Source of the DNA: an uncultured delta proteobacterium
GTDB lineage: Bacteria > Desulfobacterota > Binatia > DP-6
Reading direction: 5' to 3'
Assembly: GCA_963815115.1 (NCBI GenBank)
Contig: CAWFFN010000009.1
Location: 1,536,001-1,600,000, forward strand
DNA length: 64,000 nt
Of this stretch, positions 33,776 to 43,364 are shown in pieces (positions within the stretch are counted from its first letter, which is position 1; each line of letters begins with the position of its first letter). The notes beneath the pieces were generated by a model. The model made no database searches, had not been told where the DNA came from, and worked only from the letters and a program-made list of their open reading frames with translations. The position numbers were made by a program, and so were the translations under genes.

Positions 33776-36052
33776 ATGCGCCCCAGCGTATCCTGTATCG
33801 CGGCCTGTCTGGCCGTCGCCGTGCTCGCCCCACGCTCGGGGCTCGCCGGGCAGACCAAGGACCAGCAGTCCTGCGTCAACGACATGAACAAGTTCGGCGA
33901 GCGCGTCGCCAAGAGCCAGGACGGCGCCGGCCTTGACTGCATCAAGAACGCCGGCCGCGGGATCCTCTTCCGGCTCGGGATCCCGCCGCAGGCGCAGACC
34001 GCGCAGGCGTGCCTGACCAACGACGTCGGCGGCAAGGTCGCGAAGGCCACCACGAAGCTCCAGGAGCGCGACGCGAGCAAGTGCCTCGAGACGCCGGAGC
34101 AGCTCCCGCCGTTCGGGTACGCGGGCGCCGCCGCGACCGATGCCGCGGCACGTGCGGCCGCGCTCGGCATCATCGCGGGCCTCTTCGGAGCGGACCTCGA
34201 CGCTGCGATCGTCTCCGACGACGCCGACCAGGACGGGGCGCGCTGTCAGAGCGAGGTGGCGCGCTACACCACCGACCTCTTCGAGAGCATCTGGAAAGAG
34301 GCGCTCAAGGCCAAGAAGAACGGCCTCAGCGGCTCGGGGCGGTTGACCGGCAGCGATCCGCACGCCCCCGTCGGCTCGGCGGCCGAGCTCGCCGGCGAGC
34401 TGGTCGCGGCGATCCAGGGCGACGAGCGCGGCAAGATCGCCAAGGCGGCGCTCAAGCTGCACGACAAGACCGTGCAGCGCTGCACCGGGACGGTCACGCC
34501 GGTCGCGCAGATGTTCCTCGGCTCCTGCGGCACCGCGGCCACCCTCGACGACCTGGCTGCCTGCGCCGAAGGCGTCGCGCGCGGCGCGTTCTACCAGTCG
34601 CTGGCCGGCTTCGACGCGCTGACGTTCGACTGCGATCTCACCGACAACGGTGCCACCGACCTGTCCTGCGAATCGGCGGAGCTGCGCGAGCACGTGCTCG
34701 ATCGCCTCGGCTACGGGCCCGATGCCTGGTCGCGCGCCCGCATCCAGACGCTCGGCGTGCACGACTACATCGAGGAGCAGCTCTCGCCGCAGGCGATCGA
34801 CGACGCCGCGCTCGATGCGCTGCTCGCCGCCTTCCCGAGCTTGACGCAGACGTTCCTGCAGCTGCGGGCGAACTACGACAACAATCCCACCCCGCCCGTG
34901 CTGCCGCTCGCCAACATCGCCAAGGAGCTGAAGCAGGCGAAGGTGCTGCGCGCCGTGGCCACCCACCGCCAGCTCGCCGAGGTGCTGGTGGACTTCTGGC
35001 AGAACCATTTCAACGTGGCGGCGGGCAGCAGCCAGCGGACCAAGTACGACATCAGCCCGTACGACCGGCTGACCATCCGGCCCAACGTGCTCGGCACGTT
35101 CGAGGACCTGCTCCTGGCCGACGCGAAGTCGCCGGCGATGGGCGACTTTCTCGACAACCGGCTGAACAAGGTGAACGGCATCAACGAGAACTACGCTCGC
35201 GAGGTCCTCGAGCTGCACACCGTGAGCGTGAACGGGCCCTACACGGAAGCGGACATCCCGGAGCTGGCGCGCTGCTTCACCGGCTGGAAGGAGAACTACA
35301 ACAACGCGGACGCCTTCCAGTTCGCCGCCAACCTGCACGACCAGGGCTCGAAGACGGTGATGGGGGTCCAGATCCCACCCAACGGCGGGATGCAGGACGG
35401 CCTCACCATGATCGACTTCCTCGCCCATCACGCGAGCACCGCGCAGTTCATCAGCCGCAAGCTGACCATCCGCTTCGTCTCCGAGACGCCGCCGCAGCGG
35501 CTGGTCGACGAGGCGGCGGGGGTGTTCCTCGGCTCGGGCGGAGATCTCCGTGCCGTGCTCGAGACCATCTTTCTGTCGCCCGAGTTCCTGTCGTCGCCGC
35601 AGTACCGGCACGCCAAGTCGAAGCGGCCGCTCGTCTTCTACGCCAGCCTGGCGCGGGCGCTCGGCGCCGCTCCGGCGCAGCTCAACAGCAATCAGCTGCG
35701 CAACCGGGTGGCGGACATGGGCGAGGACCTCTACGACGCCGGCCCGCCGACCGGCTATCCCGACGTCTCGAGCTTCTGGTTCTCGCCCGGCACGGCCGTG
35801 AAACGTTTCAACGACGCGGAGGCCGCGAGCCGGGGCTCCTACGGGCTCGTGTACACGTATCCGATCAGCGGGGGCACCTCGGTCCAGGTGACGGATGCCC
35901 TGGCCGGCATGCTGTTCGTCGCGCCGGTCTCCTCGGCGACCCGCGATGCGACCATCGGCTTCCTCGACGTGCTGCCGGAGCCGGTGGCGACGAAGCGCGT
36001 CCAGCAGGCGGCCGCGGTGCTCCTCTCGAGCCCCGAGTTCCTGTCCCACTGA
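33776..36052 (+). CDS. DUF1800 protein with Cys-rich N-terminal extension
   Basis: Signal peptide; ~300-aa Cys-rich region; then RLGYGP, FWQNHFNV, INENYAREVLELHT, LARCFTGW, SPEF. Confidence 0.9.
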   Translation: MRPSVSCIAACLAVAVLAPRSGLAGQTKDQQSCVNDMNKFGERVAKSQDGAGLDCIKNAGRGILFRLGIPPQAQTAQACLTNDVGGKVAKATTKLQERDASKCLETPEQLPPFGYAGAAATDAAARAAALGIIAGLFGADLDAAIVSDDADQDGARCQSEVARYTTDLFESIWKEALKAKKNGLSGSGRLTGSDPHAPVGSAAELAGELVAAIQGDERGKIAKAALKLHDKTVQRCTGTVTPVAQMFLGSCGTAATLDDLAACAEGVARGAFYQSLAGFDALTFDCDLTDNGATDLSCESAELREHVLDRLGYGPDAWSRARIQTLGVHDYIEEQLSPQAIDDAALDALLAAFPSLTQTFLQLRANYDNNPTPPVLPLANIAKELKQAKVLRAVATHRQLAEVLVDFWQNHFNVAAGSSQRTKYDISPYDRLTIRPNVLGTFEDLLLADAKSPAMGDFLDNRLNKVNGINENYAREVLELHTVSVNGPYTEADIPELARCFTGWKENYNNADAFQFAANLHDQGSKTVMGVQIPPNGGMQDGLTMIDFLAHHASTAQFISRKLTIRFVSETPPQRLVDEAAGVFLGSGGDLRAVLETIFLSPEFLSSPQYRHAKSKRPLVFYASLARALGAAPAQLNSNQLRNRVADMGEDLYDAGPPTGYPDVSSFWFSPGTAVKRFNDAEAASRGSYGLVYTYPISGGTSVQVTDALAGMLFVAPVSSATRDATIGFLDVLPEPVATKRVQQAAAVLLSSPEFLSH

Positions 36053-36069
36053 GCAGAGGGAGAAGGGCG

Positions 36070-37272
36070 ATGATGCTCACGCGCAGACAGCTGCTCCACT
36101 CGACCGCCGTCGGCATGACGGCGTTCCTCCTCCCGCCCTGGCTGCGATCGGCGCGGGCCGCGGGCACCGATCCGGTCCTGGTGTCGATCTTCCAGCGCGG
36201 CGCCGCCGACGGGCTCAATACCGTGGTGCCGGCCGGCGATCCCTTCTACTACTCGAGCCGGGCGACCATCCAGGTGGCGCCGGGGAGCGAGCTGCCGCTC
36301 GACTCCTTCTTCGGCCTGAACCCCGCCTTCGGCGATCTCCTGGACCTCTACCAGGGGGGCGATCTCTGCTTCCTCCACGCGGCCGGCAGCACCGATGCGT
36401 CGCGTTCGCACTTCGATGCGCAGGACTTCATGGACCGTGCGGCGCCGGGCAACAAGTCGGTCGTCGACGGCTGGCTGAATCGCTACCTCGGAGTCGCCGG
36501 CCTGAGCGACCCGATCGCCGGGATCAGCATCTCGAACGCCACGGCGAAGTCGCTGGCCGGGGCGGCGCCCTCGCTCGCCTTCGAGTCGATCGCGGGCTTC
36601 ACGCTGACCGGCAACTGGGCGACCGAGCGACGGGCCGCGCTCGACGTCCGCTACGGCCTGCTCGCCGGCACCTTGATGGGTGACAAGGTGATCGACGCGT
36701 TCGAGGCCATCGATCTGGTGGACTCGGTCGACACCACGACCAGCGTGGTCTACCCGGCGGGCGACCTGGGATCGGCGCTGAAGGACGCGGCCGCGCTGGT
36801 GAAGGGCAACATCGGCGTGCGCGTCATCGCCATCAGCATCGGCGGCTGGGATCACCACACGAACCTCGTCGTCCAGCTGGGTGATCTCGGGATGGAGCTG
36901 GCGGGCTGCCTGAAGGCGTTCCACGACGACCTGGGCTCCGACCTCGGCCGCACGCTCACGCTCGTCATGACCGAGTTCGGACGGCGCGTCGATCAGAACG
37001 GTGGGGGTGGTACCGACCACGGCCATGGCGGGGTCATGATGGCCATGGGCGGCGGCATCGCCGGTGGCCGCGTGATCGTTCGCGACGGGACGTGGCCGGG
37101 GCTCGCGCCCGCGAACCGCTTCATCGGCCAGGACCTCCAGGTGACCACGGACTTCCGCGACGTGTTCGCCGAGGCGCTCGACCGCCACATGGGCACGGCG
37201 GTGTCGCAGCTCGGTCCGGTCTTCCCTTCCTACTCGCCGAGCGCTGCGAAGTTCCCGGGACTCTACGCCTGA
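36070..37272 (+). CDS. DUF1501 protein (Tat signal)
   Basis: TRRQLL Tat motif; QRGAADGLN, SRSHFDAQD, GGWDHH, TEFGRR, GTDHGHG. Confidence 0.92.
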   Translation: MMLTRRQLLHSTAVGMTAFLLPPWLRSARAAGTDPVLVSIFQRGAADGLNTVVPAGDPFYYSSRATIQVAPGSELPLDSFFGLNPAFGDLLDLYQGGDLCFLHAAGSTDASRSHFDAQDFMDRAAPGNKSVVDGWLNRYLGVAGLSDPIAGISISNATAKSLAGAAPSLAFESIAGFTLTGNWATERRAALDVRYGLLAGTLMGDKVIDAFEAIDLVDSVDTTTSVVYPAGDLGSALKDAAALVKGNIGVRVIAISIGGWDHHTNLVVQLGDLGMELAGCLKAFHDDLGSDLGRTLTLVMTEFGRRVDQNGGGGTDHGHGGVMMAMGGGIAGGRVIVRDGTWPGLAPANRFIGQDLQVTTDFRDVFAEALDRHMGTAVSQLGPVFPSYSPSAAKFPGLYA

Positions 37273-37349
37273 CGCTGCGCCGGGCTGAGGCGCCGCGATT
37301 CGCCGCCGGCGGCGGCTTTGTGTGGCCCCTTGAGCCCCCTCGATGTGTC

Positions 37350-37659
37350 GCCCGGACCCTGGAGCTTTCGGACATTTCATTCGCTGAGCGACTTCCAGCG
37401 AAACACCAAGGAACATCTACGTGAGATGGAACGGACGGGAAACCCGCGGGTGCTGACCGTCAACGGCAAAGCGCGGGTAGTCGTGCAGGATGCTCGGTCG
37501 TATCAGCGGTTGCTCCGGAAGGTCGAGGAGGCGGACGCCATTCTCACCCTGCGCGGCCGTCTTGCATCGCTTCGGCGGGAGAAAAAGGGTCGTGATCTCT
37601 TCGAGGTGCTTGAGGAGCTGGGGGAGGGGGAACGCGTGCGGCGGCCTCGGAGGAGATGA
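37350..37659 (+). CDS. Phd/YefM family antitoxin (5' end unclear, probably frameshifted)
   Basis: HSLSDFQRNTKEHL..PRVLTVNGKARVVVQDARSYQRLL. Upstream LELSDI is one base out of frame at GACATTTCAT (~37371-37380). Confidence 0.75.
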
Positions 37660-37715
37660 GATATCGTGTTCGCCTGCATCCCGGCGGGTCGAAGGTCGGA
37701 GACCCCGAACGGTGA
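37656..37715 (+). pseudogene. Possible RelE/ParE toxin remnant
   Basis: GGAGG RBS and ATGA overlap with the antitoxin stop; reads MRYRVRLHP.. and stops after 19 codons. Confidence 0.45.
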
Positions 37716-37744
37716 CGACCATCCGTGCGGTGTATTTCGCAGCG

Positions 37745-38551
37745 CTAATCGAGGCCGTTCCACACCGGCGAGGCGCCCGCCGCCGGCATCGATCCTCTCT
37801 CGAACAGCGCGTCGGGCAGGTCGACCCCGTAGCGCAGATTGCTGACGACGATCTCGCTCGCGCCGCCGCTCTGCTTGTCCTGCATCTTGACCCGCGTCGC
37901 GACCGGCTGGCCGTCGATGGTGGTGACGTCCTGGAAGGTCTCCACCTTCCAGAGCTGACCCGCCGGGTCGTAGTAGTCGCGCTCGAGCGGCAGGCTGGTG
38001 GCGGGATCGATCCAGGCCACGATCTTCGAGTAGTACCAGGGACTCTCCGGCGTCTGCTCGATCTTGAAGGCGTCCTTGCCGGCGTGCTTCTCGCTGCCGA
38101 TCAGGCGGTACTTGTCGCGCAGGCTGACGAACCCCAGGTCGGCGTAGAAGAAATCGGACCCCAGCACGGGCTCGTAGGCTCCCGCGGGAGTGAGCGTCCG
38201 CACGCGCCGGATGGTGGGGATGTAGAGCGCCCGCTCCGGCGGGGTCTTCTTGTCGCCGTCGATCAGCAGGCTGGCGACGCCGCGCTCCTCCTTGGGGGTC
38301 AGCAGCACGGTCAGCATGCGACCCTTGCCGTCGATGTTCTTGCGGGCCTGGGCGAGCGTCCACTGCGTCGTGCCGCCGTCCTCGCCGCTGATCGAGAGCT
38401 TCATCTGCCGCAGGCTCGACTTCGGGGGCTCGAGTGCCTCCTTCATCTTGGCGACCAGGGCGGCGCCGTCGGGAGGCGCGGCGGCGGCGGTCCGGGCGGC
38501 CAGCGTCACGAGAGCCAGAGCGAGCATGCGAGTTCGCATGCAGGCTGCCAT
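37745..38551 (-). CDS. Outer membrane lipoprotein-sorting (LolA-like) protein
   Basis: Signal peptide; LYIPTIRRVR, GSDFFYADL, YSKIVAWID, DYYDPAGQLWK. Confidence 0.85.
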   Translation of the reverse strand: MAACMRTRMLALALVTLAARTAAAAPPDGAALVAKMKEALEPPKSSLRQMKLSISGEDGGTTQWTLAQARKNIDGKGRMLTVLLTPKEERGVASLLIDGDKKTPPERALYIPTIRRVRTLTPAGAYEPVLGSDFFYADLGFVSLRDKYRLIGSEKHAGKDAFKIEQTPESPWYYSKIVAWIDPATSLPLERDYYDPAGQLWKVETFQDVTTIDGQPVATRVKMQDKQSGGASEIVVSNLRYGVDLPDALFERGSMPAAGASPVWNGLD

Positions 38552-38602
38552 AGCTGGTCGGCCGCGAGGTTGACAAGCCGGACGGCAGGAGCCGTCGGGC
38601 GT

Positions 38603-39616
38603 TTACGTGCGCAGCGCGGGCACGATCTCGCGCGCCAGGCTGCTCACGGTGCCGACGCCGAGCTCTGGCGCCATGCCGGTCGAGCCGGCGATCACGTGGA
38701 CGAAGTCGAGGCCGAGGCCGGCGAGCGCGCGGAAGCGGGGCAGCGCCGCAGATGCCGGTCCGGCGATCGCGAACCAGTCGACGAAGTCGTCGCCGATGCC
38801 GGCAGTGTGGGCGACGCCGGTGCGCGTGTGGTCGCGCATGTCGTAGTGCGTGCGAAGGTACTCCGCGGCGCGGCGCAGCGGTGCGGGGAGCCGGTCGAGC
38901 GGGCTCCCCGGCAGCGCGGAGAAGCGCGCGAAGGTCGCCGCCGAGCCGCGCACGGCGTCGCGTGCGATCGCGACGTCGTCGTGCAGCACGCAGGTGACGT
39001 AGGCGCCGTAGCGCAGCGACGCGGGATCGCGGCCCGCCGCCTCGGCAGCCCGGCGGGCGAACGCCAGCTTCTCGCGAACGTGCTCGGGATCGGCGCCCAC
39101 GGCGAGGCAGACGCGGTCGGCGTGGCGCGCTGCGACCTCGATCACCCGCGGGCCCGTCGCGGCGACCTCGACCGGCACCTTCTCGACGCGCGCGTGCGGG
39201 AGCCACTCGAGGCGGCTCTCGAAGCCGTCGCGATCGACGGCGTCACCCCGGAGGTAGGACTGCACCGCCGCGACGTACCGGGCGAAGCGCGCCACCGGAT
39301 CCTGCGTCTTGCCGATGCGCTGCACCGAGGAATCGCCCCGGCCGATGCCGAGCACCGCCCGGCCGGCGCTCTCGACCTGGAGGGACAGCGCCGCCGACGC
39401 CGTCACGGCCGGGTCGCGCGTGACCGAGTTGGTCACGCCGGGACCGAGCCGGATGCGCGACGTCGCCTTCGCGGCGAGCATGAGCTGTCCCCACACCTCG
39501 GGCGCCAGGTTCTGGCTGTCGGGAATGACGAGGGTCGCGAAGCCGAGGTCCTCGACCATACGGGCGACGGCTTCCATCCGCCGCGGCCCGGGGATCATCA
39601 GGAGGCCGAAGTCCAT
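38603..39616 (-). CDS. LLM-class flavin-dependent oxidoreductase
   Basis: ATG 39616. DSQNL, IRLGPGVTNSVTRDPAVTA, LGIGRGDS, VAATGPR. Confidence 0.92.
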   Translation of the reverse strand: MDFGLLMIPGPRRMEAVARMVEDLGFATLVIPDSQNLAPEVWGQLMLAAKATSRIRLGPGVTNSVTRDPAVTASAALSLQVESAGRAVLGIGRGDSSVQRIGKTQDPVARFARYVAAVQSYLRGDAVDRDGFESRLEWLPHARVEKVPVEVAATGPRVIEVAARHADRVCLAVGADPEHVREKLAFARRAAEAAGRDPASLRYGAYVTCVLHDDVAIARDAVRGSAATFARFSALPGSPLDRLPAPLRRAAEYLRTHYDMRDHTRTGVAHTAGIGDDFVDWFAIAGPASAALPRFRALAGLGLDFVHVIAGSTGMAPELGVGTVSSLAREIVPALRT

Positions 39617-39632
39617 ACGCGTAGTGTAGCGC

Positions 39633-39701
39633 GCCCAGGTCGATCCCGTACAGCCGCGCGACGGTCGCCAGACGAGCTCGCGTGCGCTGCCCGTCGCTGA
39701 G
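39633..39701 (-). pseudogene. C-terminal remnant of an amidohydrolase_2-like gene
   Basis: LSDGQRTRARLATVARLYGIDLG aligns ungapped (11/23 identical) with the C-terminus of the 43365 amidohydrolase, LTDDQRRAILCDNVTELYRIDLG. Confidence 0.5.
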
Positions 39702-39714
39702 CTGTGTCGCATAC

Positions 39715-40024
39715 GGCCGCCTTGCGCCGCTCGCTCACTTGGGACCGCGGCCTCGAGCTGGCGCAGCACGCCGCGTTCACCGTGGCCACCGAGGTGCAGG
39801 TCTACTTCTGCGATCCGCAGAGTCCCTGGCAGAGCGGCACGAACGAGAACACGAACCGCTTGCTCCGCCAGTACTTGCCCAAAGGCACCGACGTGGCCGC
39901 GCACTCCCAAGCCGCGCTCAACCGCATCGCGCACCGCCTCAATACGCGCCCCCGGAAAAACCTTGGCCTATCGGACCCCAGCGGATAGCTTCGCGGCAGC
40001 GTTGCGATGACCGGTTGAACCCGC
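39715..40024 (+). mobile_element. IS30 family remnant (3' part of transposase and right end)
   Basis: SLTWDRGLELAQH..YFCDPQSPWQSGTNENTNRLLRQYLPKG..LNTRPRK; terminal GTTGCGATGACCGGTTGAACCCGC at 40001-40024. Confidence 0.9.
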
Positions 40025-40029
40025 ACGAC

Positions 40030-40480
40030 TTATCTGGCCCGCTCGATGGTGGGCGCGATCGGCGGCGGCATCCTCTTCGGCGCGCTGTCGGGCCCCATCG
40101 GGCGGCGGCGCGCGATGGTGATCGCGCTCCTCGGGGCGCTCGCGGTCGTCCCGCTCTGGGCCTTCGCGCCGCATCCAGCCGCGCTCGTCGCCGGGGCCTT
40201 CCTCCTCCAGCTCATGGTGCAGGGTGCCTGGGGCGTCATCCCGGCCCACATCACGGAGCTGTCCCCGGACCAGGTGCGCGGCTTCCTGCCTGGCTTCGCC
40301 TACCAGTGCGGCGTCCTGGCCGCGAGCTCGGTGGCGTACGTCGAAGCGCTCCTCGCCGAGCGCACCAGCTACGCCAGCGCGATGGCCTCGGTCGCGGTCG
40401 TGGTGCTCTCGGTCGCCGCCGTGGTGGTGGCGCTGGGGCCCGAGCGCTCCGGCGTTGTGTTCGGGAGCGCACCTCATCAG
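40030..40480 (+). pseudogene. C-terminal third of an MFS transporter (sialate/lactate:H+ symporter-like)
   Basis: GAIGGGILFGALS..IGRRRAM, QLMVQGAWGVIPAHITELSPDQVRGFLPGFAYQCG; 5' part missing at the IS30 end. Confidence 0.8.
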
Positions 40481-40490
40481 AGGACGGCGA

Positions 40491-41624
40491 CTAGTACACC
40501 GCCGTCCAGATTGAATCAACGTGACATCCCTTCGTCCAACATGGCATGGGACGAGGGGTGGAGGTGGTGGTCACGGCCAAGCAGCGGCGCGCGCTGACCC
40601 AGGTGGTGGCCCGAGCGGTGGCGCCGGCGCAGGAAGTGCGCCGGGCGCAGGTGATTCTGTGGAGTGCCGACGGCGTCGCAGGAGCGGAGATCGCTCGGCG
40701 GCTGCACGTGTCCGCGGAAGCGGTGTCACGGATTCGGCGACGGTTTCTCGATGGCGGCGTCGCGGGGCTCGCGACGCGGCCGAAGGCGGGTCGCAAGGAT
40801 CACGCCGTTCCCGCGCAGACGGTCGAGCGGCTGGTCGAGCTGGCAATGTCGCCCCGCCGGCCGGCCGGAGCCGGTGGACGACCCGCCTCCTCGCGACGGA
40901 GGTGGGGCTCACCAGCGGGTGCGTCTCCGACGTCCTGCGCCGCAATGACCTCAAGCCGCATCTGGTGCGCACGTACAAGGTGAGCCGTGATCCGAACTTC
41001 GTGGCGAAGGTCCGGGACATCGTGGGACTCTACCTCAATCCGCCCGAACACGCCGTCGTACTCAGCGTGGACGAGAAGACGTCGATCCAAGCGTTGGAGC
41101 GGACGCAACGGCCGCTGCCGTTACGCTCCGGGCGCGCCACGCGGCACACGCACGACTACAAGCGCCACGGGGTCGTCGATCTGTACGCGGCGCTGGAAGT
41201 GGCCACGGGTGAGGTCACGCATCGGCTGAGCGCCAGCCATACCGCGGCGGACTTCCTCGCCTTCATGCGGAAGGTCGTGCGCGCATATCCCGGCCGCGAG
41301 TTGCACGTCATTCTCGACAACTCGTCGACGCACGGCACGCCCGACGTCCGTGCCTGGCTCGCGGCGCATCCCTTGGTGCAGTTTCACTACACCCCGACGA
41401 GCGCCTCCTGGCTCAACCAGGTGGAGGGCTTCTTCGGCATTCTCGGGAAGCAGTCGCTCAGTGTGACGGACTTCCCGTCGAAGCAGGCCCTCTGCGAGCA
41501 TATCGGGGCTTACATGCGCGCCTGGAAGAAGAGCCCCACACCCTTCGCCTGGACCAAGCCGGCGCACGCAATCATTCGGTCACACCGTCGGATGCTTGAG
41601 CGTATCTCGACGGCGGTGCACTAG
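40491..41624 (+). mobile_element. IS630 family element, transposase split by one frameshift
   Basis: CTAG at both ends; terminal IRs TAGTACACCGCCGTCCAGAT versus TAGTGCACCGCCGTCGAGAT (18/20). HTH part from 40546; DDE part SVDEKT, ILDNSSTH, SWLNQVE to 41624; frame switch ~40852-40860. Confidence 0.95.
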
Positions 41625-41770
41625 GCACCTCCGGCCGCAACGATCGGATGCCGGGGCAACCCGGTGTTGCGGGGTCCTCGCCGTCTGCGAACCGCGCAAC
41701 TGGCCGGCATCACAGGACTTCGTCCCTCGGCACGCCGGCTGCTTCGTGACCGGCCCGGGAGGTACGACCA

Positions 41771-43080
41771 ATGACTCGCACTGCTCGATCGACCAACAGC
41801 ACCGTGGAGCGGCCCTTCGGCCGCAGACGTCTGCTCGGCGTGGCGGCGCTCTCGATGGCGCTCGTGCCGTCGCACGCCGCCCTGGGCGCCGGGAGAACGG
41901 CCACGATTGCCGGGGGCGCAGCGAATCAGGCCCAGTCCACAGCCACCCCACCCAGCATCGTCGCGACCACCGACGTCGTATTCGACGGCACCATCGTCAC
42001 CGCGAGCAACATCGACTCCTTCGCCAAGGACCCGGTGCTCGCCTTCGGTCAGGGCGTCGACGCCGACGGCCGCCCCATCCCGGGGGAGATGTGGGTCCTC
42101 GTCGCGAAGAAGGACAAGGCGATCTTCTACGAGCTCACCGAGGAGCATGCGTCGGGCAAGGGCTCGTATGCCGGCTACACCATCAAGGTGAAGACGGTGA
42201 CGACGCATCAGATCCTCAACTATGGGGTCGGAGAGGACGTGCCCGTGATCGGCAACGATGAGGATGCATTCATCCTGTCGACCACCGAGCTCCTCGTGAG
42301 CTCGAAGTTCCTCCCCGAGCCCCCCATGCAGTGCATGACCCCGAGCGGGCAGCCATGCCCGCCGAGCGTGTCGCTGGTGACCGCAGGCACGGTCGTGCAG
42401 GCGGCGAAGGTGCCCGCGTCGGAGTCGGCCGCGCGGGAGGCGGTGCTCCAGGTGTTCGACGCCGGCGGCACGCTGGTCCTCGAATCCCGCGCGCTGGCCA
42501 TCGCGGCGTCGTCCTCCTCGGGCGACTGCGCGGATTGGGCCGACAACCTCGTGAACAACGTGGAATCGTTCCAGGACGGGATGCTCGGCATCGGGCAAGG
42601 CACCAACAAAGCGCTCACCGCTCTCGGGGGGGCGCCACGGGCGCCATCTGGGGGGCGGCGGGAGGCGGAGGTCTCGGCTCGGCCGCTGGCGCGGCCGGCG
42701 GGGGCCTGGGAGGTGTCACCGCGGGCATCGCGTACAGCGACGAGGTCGTGGACCCGCTGACGAACGGCATTCACAACGCGGCGCAGGCCGTCACCAGCCC
42801 GGTGCTCCGGGTACTGGCGGACGGCGCCTGCGAGCTCGGAACGCTGGGCTCCGACATCCTTGCCGCCATCGAGGAGATCGACCTCGCGTCCGGCGAGATG
42901 GAAGACTGCGGCGGTGAGATGGTGTGCGACGCCTACGGCACGGAGCAGATCGGTTCGGTCGCGACGTCCGGAACCGACACCCTCCCCGACGGGACCACGG
43001 TGGAGTCCGTCACCGTCCAGCCGGTCGACGGGCAGGTGTGCATCGAGTCCCATGTCGAGTTCGCGTGCGCGACCATCTAG
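41771..43080 (+). CDS. Unknown exported protein with Tat-like signal and glycine zipper; frameshift in a G7 run
   Basis: GGGAGG RBS; GRRRLL followed by a hydrophobic stretch; protein-like composition in ORF 41771 up to ALGG, continuing in ORF 42331..43080 (ATGAIWGAAGGGG..). Joined length ~436 aa. Confidence 0.65.
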
Positions 43081-43083
43081 CGC

Positions 43084-43213
43084 TTAGCCGTGACGCTTGA
43101 AGTACTGCACTGCGGGCTCGTGCTTCTCGGCCGCCTGCCGGCTGTCGAACGTCCCGAGGTTCTTGCGCTTGGCGGTCTGCCGATTCTTCTTCTGGGAGTA
43201 CAAGCAGATAGCC
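43084..43213 (-). pseudogene. 5'-truncated small basic protein
   Basis: Reads LYSQKKNRQTAKRKNLGTFDSRQAAEKHEPAVQYFKRHG*. Resembles a ~50-aa conserved hypothetical family I recall; no start codon. Confidence 0.55.
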
Positions 43214-43342
43214 CTGCGGCGGGCGCGGACGGCGACCCGCACCGGGCAGCACCGCGGGCAGATCGTGAACGCGGTGTCGATCCGGGCGCGCCCGGCCGGG
43301 GTCGCCGATCGCGCGATGCCCGGCCACTGGGAAGGCGACTAG
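43210..43342 (+). mobile_element. IS30 family internal remnant
   Basis: RGQIVNAVSIRARPAGVADRAMPGHWEGD*, the segment carrying the first catalytic Asp of IS30 transposases. Confidence 0.85.
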
Positions 43343-43364
43343 GTATGGCGGGAGCAGTACGCGG

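Noticed and set aside
40840-40870. Programmed ribosomal frameshift in IS630
   Set aside because: No A-rich slippery heptamer at the switch; one missing C restores SPPPAGRSRW, so mutation or error is more likely.
41625-41770. c-di-GMP-I or other known riboswitch
   Set aside because: Consensus elements not found by eye; only generic hairpins.
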